DNA from: Haliangium sp. | GTDB taxonomy: Bacteria > Myxococcota_A > Polyangia > Haliangiales > Haliangiaceae | Length of the DNA: 64,000 nucleotides | Assembly (NCBI RefSeq): GCF_050303215.1 | Contig: NZ_JBNLBH010000019.1 | Span: 64,001 to 128,000, forward strand | Direction: 5' to 3' | Shown: positions 1 through 14,246 of the stretch, in pieces | Layout of the letters: each line of letters opens with the position of its first letter | How positions within the stretch are numbered: position 1 is the stretch's first letter | The notes under the pieces: generated by a model | Told to the model about the DNA's origin: nothing | Databases searched by the model: none | Seen by the model: only the letters and a program-made list of their open reading frames with translations | Translations under genes and position numbers: made by a program

Positions 1-1
1 T

Positions 2-262
2 CCGAGTGAGGGGTTTTCGGGCCAAGGCTGGGACCAGATCGGCGCGGCGGTCGCGCCGGGGCCGGACGGGGAGCCCTGGGCGCTGGCGCATCGGGATACG
101 GCTCGGGCGGTGCTGGCGGCGGTGGCCGGCGATGGCGGCGGGTCTCGGGCGGATGTCGGACGGTTGGCTCGGTTCCGCCACGGGGCCGACGTGCAGGCCA
201 CGTTCGAGGCGGCGATGCGCTCGGAGGCCGAGCGCACGCGGGTCGCGGTCGAACTGGCCTGA
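2..262 (+). CDS. C-terminal fragment of a hypothetical protein; the gene starts upstream of the window
   Basis: Frame 2 is open from the window edge to TGA at 260-262. The translation (...GQGWDQIGAAVAPGPDGEPWALAHRDTARAVLAAV...ATFEAAMRSEAERTRVAVELA) has protein-like composition. It is absent from the ORF track because there is no in-window start. No family was recognised. Confidence 0.3.
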   Translation, partial: PSEGFSGQGWDQIGAAVAPGPDGEPWALAHRDTARAVLAAVAGDGGGSRADVGRLARFRHGADVQATFEAAMRSEAERTRVAVELA

Positions 263-734
263 GCACGGCGCGGCTCGCGGTCACGCTGAGCCCAGCACGG
301 CGCCCCTGCACGATGCGTCTTGCCTCCGCCCGCACTTGGGCACAGCCCAAGTGCTATGCCGTTGCCTACGGCAACGGCCGTCGGCCCGGCCGAGCCCACG
401 GGCCCTACCGGCGAACGGCTGCGCAAGGACGCCTATCACGACCTCCACTCCACGACTCTCTCCCAGTCGGCTGCCGGCGTCCGCCTTGCCTCGACCCGCC
501 CTTGGCATCCGACCCTCCCTGCACTCGCTCCCCTCGCTGCCTCCGCTCGCCCTCCACGGCGCGCGGTTTCGGTCGGAGCAGGGCGCGACGTCGCCTTCGG
601 GCCCATGGACTCGTCCGGGCCTCTGCGTCCACGCTTCAGCCTCGACATCCTGAGCGCGTGGCCGGCTGCAATGGGCCCCGACAGAACACGCGTAGCCGAG
701 CCACCGTGAGGTAGCCGTCAGCGGATCAAGATGC

Positions 735-1700
735 CGAGCTAAAGTCCCAGGAGTTCACCGATGGCAAGACGAAAACAGTACAGCGAAGAGTTCAAGAAAG
801 ACGCGGTCCGCCTGGTGCAGGCACGAGGAACGCGTACGGTCCAGGAGATCGCAGCCGAACTGGGCGTCAACGCGAGCATGCTGAATCGCTGGCATGCGCG
901 GTACGGTGGTGAGGTTGCAGGACGCGGAGTACGCAGCCAGGCCGAGCGAGAGGACGTCGAGGCGCTGCGGCGTCGCGTGCGTGAGCTCGAACAGGAGAAC
1001 GCGTTCCTAAAAAAATGTGCGGCCCTGTTCGCCAAGGACGTGAAGTAGCCGTGTACGAGCTGATTCACGCGGAGAGGGCCTCCTTCCCAATCGCGTTCTC
1101 CTGCCGCGTGGCCGGGGTGTCGCGCAGTGGCTACTATCAGTGGCGGACTGCATGTGACTCGAAGCGGCGGCGTGACGACGCGTCGCTGACGACCAAGATC
1201 CGCGACATTCATCGCGAGCACAAGGGCCGATACGGTAGTCCTCGCATTCACCGTGAGCTACGTGAGCGCGGAGTTCGCGTCGGCCGCAAGCGTGTCGCGA
1301 GGCTCATGCGCCAGGAAGGGCTCCAAGGGCGTACTCGGCGCCGCTTCCGGCGTACTACCAACTCCCGCCACGGCTACCGGATCGCACCGAACCTGGTGGC
1401 GCGAGACTTCACCGCGGCCGAGCCGAACCGAGTATGGGTCGGCGACATCACCTACGTGCCCACCCGCAAAGGCTGGCTGTACCTAGCTATCCTGGTCGAC
1501 CTGTTCTCACGGCGCGTCGTTGGCTGGGCGATGTCCGATCGCATCGACACGGAACTCGCGCTCAGCGCTCTCCAGATGGCCGTGGAGGCGCGCAAGCCTG
1601 GTCCAGGCCTCATCCATCATACCGACCGTGACAGCCGCTGCGCGAGCGACGCCTACCAGGCCGCGCTCCAGGCGGCGGGGATGGTCGCCAGCCGGCGGGC
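735..1700 (+). mobile_element. IS3-family insertion sequence, 3'-truncated remnant
   Basis: The orfA/orfB arrangement has a -1 overlap. An A7 slippery run (c-taaaaaaa-tg, about 1007-1014) sits exactly at the orfA/orfB frame junction. OrfB loses IS3 similarity after about residue 225 (~nt 1690). Terminal inverted repeats could not be identified by eye. Confidence 0.6.
761..1048 (+). CDS. IS3-family transposase OrfA (HTH and leucine-zipper part)
   Basis: The 95-aa product MARRKQYSEEFKKDAVRLV...LNRWHARY...ELEQENAFLKK matches the typical IS3/IS911 OrfA. It ends just after the A7 slippery site. Confidence 0.8.
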   Translation: MARRKQYSEEFKKDAVRLVQARGTRTVQEIAAELGVNASMLNRWHARYGGEVAGRGVRSQAEREDVEALRRRVRELEQENAFLKKCAALFAKDVK

Positions 1701-1767
1701 TCGCTCCAGGGAGCGCCACAGGGCATCGTCGATGCGACCCCGGCGCTCGATGTTGAGCGCGACCTGA
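1015..1767 (+). pseudogene. IS3-family transposase OrfB (integrase core), C-terminally truncated or diverged
   Basis: ELIHAERASFPIA...YYQW...PNRVWVGDITYVPTRKGWLYLAILVDLFSRRVVGW...HHTDRDSRCAS is the DDE integrase core. After GMVAS (~nt 1690) the expected MSRRGNCWDNA...ESFF tail is absent in all three frames. Confidence 0.6.
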
Positions 1768-1849
1768 AAGGCCAGCTCGGCCAAGGTGGCGTCCTCACCC
1801 CTCGCCCTGCCCAGACCGCGCGCATGTGAGCTCGCCGCCGGGTCTCGGT

Positions 1850-2425
1850 GCTCCAGACCGACGCCGGGCGGGCTCGCCGTCACCTGCACCGTCGCCCGCG
1901 TGCCGCCGGTCGAGCTCGGAATCACCCGGCTGCCAAGCTCGACCACCGCTGGACGAGCTCGCCGCCGCCTCACGACGCTCTGGTGGCCCGCGGGGCGAGC
2001 TCGAAATCGCCCGCCGCGCCACGAGACCACCGCCAGACGGGCTCGGCGCCAGGTCTCGGTGCTCTGACCGCCGGGTGGGCGAGCGCGGAATCACCCGGCC
2101 GGTGGCCTCGACTATCGCTTCCAAGCTCGGCGCCGCCCGGTGATGATCTCGCCGCCCGCGACCCGAGCTCCGCGCCACACCTCGATGCTCTCGCGGCGCA
2201 CGACCCGAGCTCGGCGTCGCCACTTCGATGGTCTCGACCATCGCCACCCGAGCTCGCCGCCGCCCGGCGATGGTCTCGCCGCCCGCAACCCGAGCTCCGC
2301 GCCGCCCGGCAGTGGTCTCGTGGCCCGCTCCCCAAGCTCGCCGCCGCACCCGGGTGGTCGCGCCACCGGCCGGCCGAGCTCGCCACCGCTCGGCGGTGGT
2401 CTCGACCATCACTAGATGGTTCCGA
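1850..2425. repeat. Degenerate ~42-bp tandem-repeat array of about 13 units with mixed orientation
   Basis: The unit recurs with a 41-43 bp period (GGTGGTCTCG-CCGCCCGC-AACCC-GAGCTC-CGCGCCGCCCGGC, containing a GAGCTC palindrome). The 5' half of the array (about 1860-2120) carries units as reverse complements of the 3' half (about 2140-2420); for example gagaccacc in the first half versus ggtggtctc in the second. Every frame translates to low-complexity 14-aa repeats. Confidence 0.6.
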
Positions 2426-2630
2426 GCTTCTCAGTTGGGTAGGCGACTTGCCTCGGGGTAGGGCTTGGTCCGGCACGCATCGATCTCGGTGTTGCCCGCG
2501 ATTGCCCCGGCGTGACCCCGGTCGGAATCCACCTCGGTAGCTTCGATCGGCTCGACGGGGAGTGCTGTCCGCGACGGCCCAGCGTGATCTCTGTCGGGCC
2601 ATCAGCAGCCCGTTCTTGGTCGAGGGCGGC

Positions 2631-3620
2631 TCAGTCGCCGACCCGCACGCCGGCGGCCGCATGCACCGCCGCGGCCACACGCTCCTGGGGCTCGACCGCG
2701 CACACGCCCACGAGTCGGTTCAGCTCCTCGACTTCATGCACCCGCGCCAGGGTCTCTTGCAGCGCAGCCGGCATGGCCCCGAACCGGCTCACGTACAAGA
2801 TCCGCAGGGCCTCCCGAAGGCCTTCCTCCCGGCCCTCCTTTCGACCCTCCTTTCGACCCTCCTTTCGGCCTTGCTCTCGGCCTTTTCCCAGGCCCCGCTC
2901 CTCGCCCTGCTCGAAACTTCGGGCTAGCCACTCTTCGTAGATGGCCTCCAGGTCGCGCACGTTTTCCATTTCTTCCTCGTCGAGTCGGTCCTGCATGAAG
3001 TGTGAGCGCGATACGCGCTGGTAGGCAAACAGATACGGCACCATCGCCGTGTGCTCCCACGAGTCCCGCGGTAGCGCCACCAGGTCCCGGATCGCCCGCC
3101 AGAAGCTCTTGCCCGCTCCCAATAACCTCAGGGCCAGGGTGTCTCGCCGCTCGGGGAGCTCGCTCAGCACCACCAGGTGCAGCTCGTGGGCCCGCCGGGC
3201 CTCCCAGAATCCCGCCGGCCAGTCGCCCATGCGCTCGCAGCCGTAGCCGTCGATGACCGCCTCCGGCCGACCCGACGACAAGATCCACAGCCGCGGCAGA
3301 CCGGGCTCGATGTCGACTCCAACCCCGGCCTCGCGCCTCCGCCAGGCGTCGAGGTTGTGCTGCTTGCCCACGCATAAGCGCACTTCGGACATCCCGGGCG
3401 TGGCGTAGAAGAACTCCAACATGCACGCCTCTTCGCTCATCCGCCCCAGCGGGCCCAAGCGCGCTTCGCCCTGCCGGAGTCCGGGCGCCGGCCGGAACCA
3501 CATGTCCACGTACTGCACCGTGCCCGGCACCTCGTATTGTGCCTCCGCGCTCCCCAGCGGCCGCAATAGCCTGCCTATCACGCCCTTGGCGTATAGATCG
3601 TGCCGCGCCCGCATGGGCAA
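2631..3620 (-). CDS. Rpn-family recombination-promoting nuclease/putative transposase-like protein (PD-(D/E)XK fold with a DUF4351-type C-terminus)
   Basis: The product is 329 aa. The C-terminal EQGEERGLGKGREQGRKEGRKEGRKEGREEGLREALRILYVSRFGAMPAALQETL resembles the DUF4351 tail of Rpn/YhgA-like proteins that are abundant in myxobacteria. The N-terminal half is consistent with a PD-(D/E)XK nuclease. Confidence 0.45.
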   Translation of the reverse strand: MPMRARHDLYAKGVIGRLLRPLGSAEAQYEVPGTVQYVDMWFRPAPGLRQGEARLGPLGRMSEEACMLEFFYATPGMSEVRLCVGKQHNLDAWRRREAGVGVDIEPGLPRLWILSSGRPEAVIDGYGCERMGDWPAGFWEARRAHELHLVVLSELPERRDTLALRLLGAGKSFWRAIRDLVALPRDSWEHTAMVPYLFAYQRVSRSHFMQDRLDEEEMENVRDLEAIYEEWLARSFEQGEERGLGKGREQGRKEGRKEGRKEGREEGLREALRILYVSRFGAMPAALQETLARVHEVEELNRLVGVCAVEPQERVAAAVHAAAGVRVGD

Positions 3621-3718
3621 ACCCTGCCCGACGAGTCTGGTCGTGTCAACCGACTTTCGGGTCTTCGTCCGCCCGCCCGGCCGGGCCCGCAGCCCGAGGA
3701 CTCAGCGGCCCAGAGGAC

Positions 3719-4558
3719 TCAGCGAGCCCGCTTCTTGTCGAGGATCTGATCCCAGGTGCCGTTGTCGATGTTGGCCTGGAGCTTCTCGACCAGATTCTCG
3801 GGGGCGTCGGGCACGGGCAGGTTTTGGTAGATGGAGGACACGTCGCGCATGGGCGCGTCCTCGTTGTTGGGCCCGGCGCCGTAGCGGCCGAAGGGGGTCA
3901 CCGGCTTGCGGAGCTGGACCTGGCCGGGGCTGCGGATGAAGCCCTTGTGCAGGGCCACCCCGACCCGGGCCGGACATCGGCACGGGTTCATGGGATCGAC
4001 GTGCTCGCAACGCGGAGCCAGGTAGTCGACCACCTTCTTGCGGGCCCGGGACAGCCGGACCTTGTACGCGCTCTTGGTGATGCCCAGGGCCTGGGCGGCC
4101 TCGCTGTCGCTCTTGGCCAGTACGTTGGCCATGACGAAGGCCGCTCGCTCGCCCGGCGATAGGCAGTTGACCACCGCTGTCATGCAGCCCTGCTTGAGCT
4201 CCCACAGCATGAAGTCACGCTGGGGATCGGTGAGCGAACGGACCACGTCAGTGCGGGTCGCCTCGCTGCGCAAGGTCTCGTCGAGTAGATCGAAACTGAC
4301 CTCGGGCTGGCGGGGTAGCTTCTGGTCGAGAATGTGGCTGCAAATGCGAAGCAGCCAGATCTCGGCGCGCTCGCCCTCGGGTAGATCCTCGGCCCCGACG
4401 TACGCGCGCAAGAAGGCCTCCTCGACGACCTCGCCCGCGCGATCGTTGTCGAGGGTCATGCGAAACGCATAGTTGAACAGCGGTTGCCAGTACTCTGTCA
4501 CCGCGCTCTTGATGAGCTCTCGACGCTTGCTCGTTTCCACAGAGCCAGAGCGTAACAC
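3719..4558 (-). CDS. ECF-family RNA polymerase sigma-70 factor with a C-terminal Cys-containing extension
   Basis: Region 2 is WQPLFNYAFRMTLDNDRAGEVVEEAFLRAY. Region 4 is LSPGERAAFVMANVLAKSDSEAAQALGITKSAYKVRLSRARKKV. A ~110-aa C-terminal extension carries the motif CEHVDPMNPCRC. Confidence 0.7.
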   Translation of the reverse strand: MLRSGSVETSKRRELIKSAVTEYWQPLFNYAFRMTLDNDRAGEVVEEAFLRAYVGAEDLPEGERAEIWLLRICSHILDQKLPRQPEVSFDLLDETLRSEATRTDVVRSLTDPQRDFMLWELKQGCMTAVVNCLSPGERAAFVMANVLAKSDSEAAQALGITKSAYKVRLSRARKKVVDYLAPRCEHVDPMNPCRCPARVGVALHKGFIRSPGQVQLRKPVTPFGRYGAGPNNEDAPMRDVSSIYQNLPVPDAPENLVEKLQANIDNGTWDQILDKKRAR

Positions 4559-4663
4559 AAGACCGCCCCGTCGCGGCGGTGTATAGACCAGAGGACTGGT
4601 GCCCGGCCGAGGTATCGGCCAACACCTCGGTCGGCCGCGGCTGTCAGCTCACCTGGTCCGCGT

Positions 4664-4699
4664 GAGAATATCTCTGAGACGCGGCCCGGCCCGCGTCTC
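4664..4699 (-). terminator. Putative intrinsic terminator downstream of korB
   Basis: A 9-bp perfect stem GAGACGCGG-N6-CCGCGTCTC lies at 4676-4699. On the minus strand it is followed by AGAGAUAUUCUC (moderately U-rich). It sits about 60 nt past the korB stop. Confidence 0.35.
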
Positions 4700-4758
4700 A
4701 TCATGGCGCCCGGAGGGACGACGGCCACGGCGAACCGGCGCCGCGACACCGCCCCGGT

Positions 4759-5820
<1,062 letters not shown>

Positions 5821-5868
5821 CGGATTCTCGAGTTCCGTCGTTGAGGTTGGAAAGGACCTGACGGTGAG

Positions 5869-7734
<1,866 letters not shown>

Positions 7735-8042
7735 CGGAGGGTCTTACCTTCGCAAGTGGCTGTGACGAGGGCTGTCTTCGAGCGGCGTATATTACTCTGT
7801 TCGGGTCCGGTTCGCAGCCGCTGGGGGGCTCGATCGATGCCCGAGCAACACACGTGAGCATCGAACGTGCTCGCGCGAAGTTGTCGGGGTGAGCTCGCAT
7901 ACGGATGCAGCCCGCGGACGCTGTCAAGCCCTCTATACGACCTCAGCACGGCTCGGCAAGGGCCGGCGCGGAGACGGCGGCGATTCGTGCGATTGGTCCT
8001 TGCCGGGGTCGGGGAGACGGGGGTATACACCCCTCGGACCGC

Positions 8043-8120
<78 letters not shown>

Positions 8121-8216
8121 CGGCGAGGCGGCGCCGGCCCGCGCCCTCGCCCCTCGCCCCTCGCCCTCGCTCGCCCCCTCGGCTCGGGCCACCGCCGCCT
8201 CCGGCCCTCCCCCCTC

Positions 8217-9079
8217 GTGATCAAGCGCCTGGCCGAAATCGTCATCGACGCCGGTCTCGCCAGCCGCGAGCAGGTGGTGCGGGGCGCCCGCATCGGTGAC
8301 GAGCAACGGATGCCCCTGATCGCGGTGCTGGTCCATCACGCCGGGCTCGATGAGCTGGCCCTGGTGGCCGCGATCCGACGCCAGGTGCGGGTGCCGCTCA
8401 TCGACCCCGCCCTGGTGGACTACGACCCGGAGGCGATGCGCGAGCTGCCCCAAGAGACATGCCGACGGCTGCGGGTCATGCCGCTGGCGATCTCGATCTA
8501 CGATCCGGATACCCGCCTGCTGCGCCTGGCCATGGCCGACCCCACCGACACCATGGCCATCGCCGAGGTCGAACACGTCACCGGGTGCCGGGTCGAGGGC
8601 CACCTGATCCCGCTGTCGGCGGTCGAGGAGCTGATCGACAAGAGCTACCGCTCGTTCGTGACCGAAGTCATGCGCCGCGCGCCGACCTCGCCGGCCGCGA
8701 GCTCGCGCCGCTCGCCGCCATCCCGGCCGGGAGACCCGCCGGCCGCGAGCGCGAGGAAGTCGAGCACGAGCGCCACGAGCACGAGCGCCGAGCCCCCGGC
8801 AGCCGCGCTCGTCGGTCACGACACCCACCGCCTCACCATCCCCGATCGGGGCCCGCCGGCGTTGCACGACGACGATGCAACGGGCACGGCCGAGGTGGAG
8901 ATCGAGCCCGGTGATGACGCACAGCCGTCCACCGTGCCGTTCCACCGCATCGTCGATGAGGCCAGCCTGGAGCTCCGCCACCAGGCGTTGCTGCAGCTCC
9001 TCATCGACAAGGATCTGCTCACGGAGGACGAGTACGAGGAGCAGATACGCCTCCTCATGAGGCGGCGCGACGGGGACTC

Positions 9080-9083
<4 letters not shown>
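8217..9083 (+). CDS. MshEN / GspE-N-terminal (T2SSE_N) domain protein with a disordered Ser/Pro/Ala-rich C-terminus
   Basis: IKRLAEIVIDAGLASREQVVRGARIGDEQRMPLIAVLVHHAGLDELALVAAIRRQVRVPLIDPALVDYDPEAMRELPQETCRRLRVMPLAI matches the GspE N-terminal/MshEN fold, a known cyclic-di-GMP-binding module. A GTG start is proposed at 8217, which is the first in-frame start after the tRNA; the listed 7905 ORF runs through the tRNA and is spurious in its 5' part. The TGA stop overlaps the GTG start of the next gene (GTGA). Confidence 0.55.
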
Positions 9084-11770
<2,687 letters not shown>

Positions 11771-12483
11771 TCAACCCGTCCACGGCCCACGCGGCCCACA
11801 CGGCGGCATCGGCTCCTGGCCGAAGCGCCGCCTCGGTCCCTGACCACCGACGCGAACGCGACCTGCCGCCTGGCCGCGCTGCGCGAGCTCGCTCGGACAT
11901 ACGGACGAACTCCGCGGACGGCGCGATGACCCGGGCTGGAGCGCAGCGACCAGCGCCGACACCGCAGTCGCACCTCGCCCGCCAACGTATTCAACCCTGC
12001 CGACCTGCCTATCCATCCTCATACATACACCGCCGTATCGAGACCCGTCGAGCAGTGACAGGGCGCACCTCGGTTCCCGCTGACAGTCGAGAATTCTTTG
12101 ATCTTTGTTCGGGTTTGCTATCATCCGACGCGCGATGCGTGATCATTGCCCGAGGACAGGAATCCCCGCATGGGAGCCCGAACCGCTCCATCTTCCGCTG
12201 GAGGAGCAACTGCCCCGCGATCGCCACGGTAACCCCGTACGCGGCCCCGGTGCCGCGTCGGGGATAGGACGCGAAGAGGAGCGGCAGAGCCGCGTGATCG
12301 TCATCGATCTCGCCTAATCGGGTGCTGTCAGGCGAGACCCGCCTGCCCCTGCTCCATCTCGTCAACCACACGCACATGCGCGGCTGCCCAGCCACTCCAT
12401 CGTGGTCGCCGGCTGCGCGTGGCTCGCCTCGGTGGCGGCGCTCCGCCCGCTCGCGGGCGCCTCGACTGGCCGCCGGCGCGGAC

Positions 12484-13395
12484 TCAGTCGTCGCCGCCGG
12501 CGCCCGGCTCTCGCTCGGTCGGCACCAGCGCCTGCGATGATGACAGTTCTGCCTCCCGGGCCTCACGGCGCTTGGTGACGAAGTACGCGATCAGGATCGA
12601 GAAGTTGTAGAGCACGATCAGCGGCCCGGCCATGACCACCTGCGAGAACAGGTCCGGGGGCGTGAGCAACGCCGAGATCACGAACGCCAGCACCGTCCAC
12701 CAGCGGTTGAAGCGCCACAGGCTGCGGTGGGTGACCACGCCGATGAGCGACAGGAAGAAGATCAGCAGCGGCAGTTCGAACACCAGGCCAAAGGCCAGCA
12801 GGAGCCGGCGCGCAAAGGCCATGTACTCTTGGATGGTCAGCAGCGGCTTGAGCGGGAGCTGCCCGGCCGCGGGCTGGCTGAGCATGCCCCCCGACAACTT
12901 GGCCAGGTTGTCGGTCGCGAAGCCGAGCAGGTACTGGTACACCGGCTCGAGCACCACCATGAAGCAGAACACCGCACCGCCGGTGAAGCAGATCGCGGAC
13001 ATGAGCGCGAACACGAGCCCAACCCGGCGCTCTTGGCGGTACAGGCCCGGCGATACGAAGCGCCAGATTTGATAGAAGATGAACGGTGAGGCGATAAAGA
13101 CGCCGGCCCAGAGCGACAGGGAGAAGTAGGTCCAGAACGGCTCGATGATGGACTTGAAGTACACCGCGGGCGGACCGGCGAAGACTTCGTTGGTCCCCTG
13201 CAGGGCCTGCCATGAGCGCTCGAAGGGCTGCAACATCAAGCGCGCCAGCTCCTCCGAAAATCCGTACGCCGCCCCGAAGCCGACGATGAGCGCGATCACT
13301 GCGTTGCGCAGGCGCAGGCGCAGCTCGCGCAGGTGCTCGACGAACGGCATGGTGCCGTCGTCGTCCAACTGCTGCGGCGGGGTCTGCTCAGCCAT
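12484..13395 (-). CDS. tatC: Twin-arginine translocase subunit TatC
   Basis: A six-TM TatC profile is present (FVEHLRELRLRL..., PFERSW, YFKSIIEPFWTYF, LTPPD). The start was chosen at the ATG for MAEQ, which overlaps the tatB stop by 8 nt; the listed ORF start at 13452 would overlap tatB by 64 nt. Confidence 0.85.
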   Translation of the reverse strand: MAEQTPPQQLDDDGTMPFVEHLRELRLRLRNAVIALIVGFGAAYGFSEELARLMLQPFERSWQALQGTNEVFAGPPAVYFKSIIEPFWTYFSLSLWAGVFIASPFIFYQIWRFVSPGLYRQERRVGLVFALMSAICFTGGAVFCFMVVLEPVYQYLLGFATDNLAKLSGGMLSQPAAGQLPLKPLLTIQEYMAFARRLLLAFGLVFELPLLIFFLSLIGVVTHRSLWRFNRWWTVLAFVISALLTPPDLFSQVVMAGPLIVLYNFSILIAYFVTKRREAREAELSSSQALVPTEREPGAGGDD

Positions 13396-14017
13396 GCGCG
13401 TGCTCCGTGGCGTCGGGCACCGGGCCGTCGTCGCCGGAGCCCCCGTCGCCACCCTCGCCCGCCGGGCCGGTCTCCGCCGTTGTCGCGGCGCCGCGGGCCA
13501 CCGCCCCGGCCGGCGTGCTCAACACCGGCATCGGTGCCTCGCCGCCCCCAACCTCGCTGCCCGCCGCCTCGCTGCCCGCCGCCTCTCCGCTCCCGACCTC
13601 GGTGCCAACCGCCTCCGCGGTGGGGGCGCCCGCGTCGGCGCTGGCCAACTCGCCGGCCACGGCCGCTGCGCCGACGGCCGCCTCCCCGCTCGCGGCCGCT
13701 GTCCCCGCCGCGTCGGTCGCAGGACCGCCCGCGGCCGAGGCCCCGGCCGGGTCCGGCCCGGGTGGCCGTACCGGCGGCATGCGACGCCGCCTCGAGGCGT
13801 GGTAGTCGTCCCCGCGCCACGCGCTCTGCAGGTCGCGCAGGGCGTCCCCGATCTCGTTGTCGTCTTCCAGGGTCTCCTTGAGCTCGCGGGTCTGCTTGCG
13901 AATATCGCGGATGCCCTTGCTGAGCGTCTTGGCCGCCTGCGGCAGCTTCTCCGGCCCCAGGAACAGCAGGGCGACCACGGCGATGATGAGGATCTCGCCA
14001 AAGCCCATTCCGAACAT
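13388..14017 (-). CDS. tatB: Sec-independent translocase TatA/TatB-family protein (TatB-like length)
   Basis: The N-terminus MFGMGFGEILIIAVVALLFLGPEKLPQAAKTLSKGIRDIRK is the TatA/B TM-plus-amphipathic-helix signature. It is followed by a ~150-aa acidic Ala/Gly-rich tail. The start was chosen at the internal Met; the listed ORF starts 67 codons upstream. Confidence 0.75.
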   Translation of the reverse strand: MFGMGFGEILIIAVVALLFLGPEKLPQAAKTLSKGIRDIRKQTRELKETLEDDNEIGDALRDLQSAWRGDDYHASRRRRMPPVRPPGPDPAGASAAGGPATDAAGTAAASGEAAVGAAAVAGELASADAGAPTAEAVGTEVGSGEAAGSEAAGSEVGGGEAPMPVLSTPAGAVARGAATTAETGPAGEGGDGGSGDDGPVPDATEHAHG

Positions 14018-14246
14018 ACGGGCGGAGTGTAGCACGCGCCGAACGACCGCTCTTGGGGTGCCCCGCTGTCCTGCATCCAAAAAATCGACCCCAGTACGGC
14101 TCGACCCCGGTACGGCTCGGCCCCCGCCCTGGGCCTGCCCGGCCCGGACGTTCCCGCCCTGGGCCTGCGGACCAGGGACTTCCCACTCATGCAATGGACC
14201 AACCACGCAGCCGGGCATGCACGGCTGCGCCGGGACGTCCGCCGGT

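Noticed and set aside
1850-2425. Tandem repeat considered as a CRISPR array
   Set aside because: Units are directly abutting with no unique spacers, their orientation flips mid-array, and no cas genes are nearby.
1970-2680. 236-aa minus-strand ORF and 1848..2540 plus-strand ORF across the repeat array, as a repeat-containing protein
   Set aside because: Every frame is open and low-complexity simply because of the GC-rich repeat. There is no signal peptide or recognisable domain, so non-coding is preferred.
12009-12566. 185-aa minus-strand ORF in the kinase-tatC intergenic region
   Set aside because: It overlaps the tatC 3' end in another frame and has a junk-like Arg/Gly/Ala composition. 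The region is treated as non-coding or possible sRNA instead.
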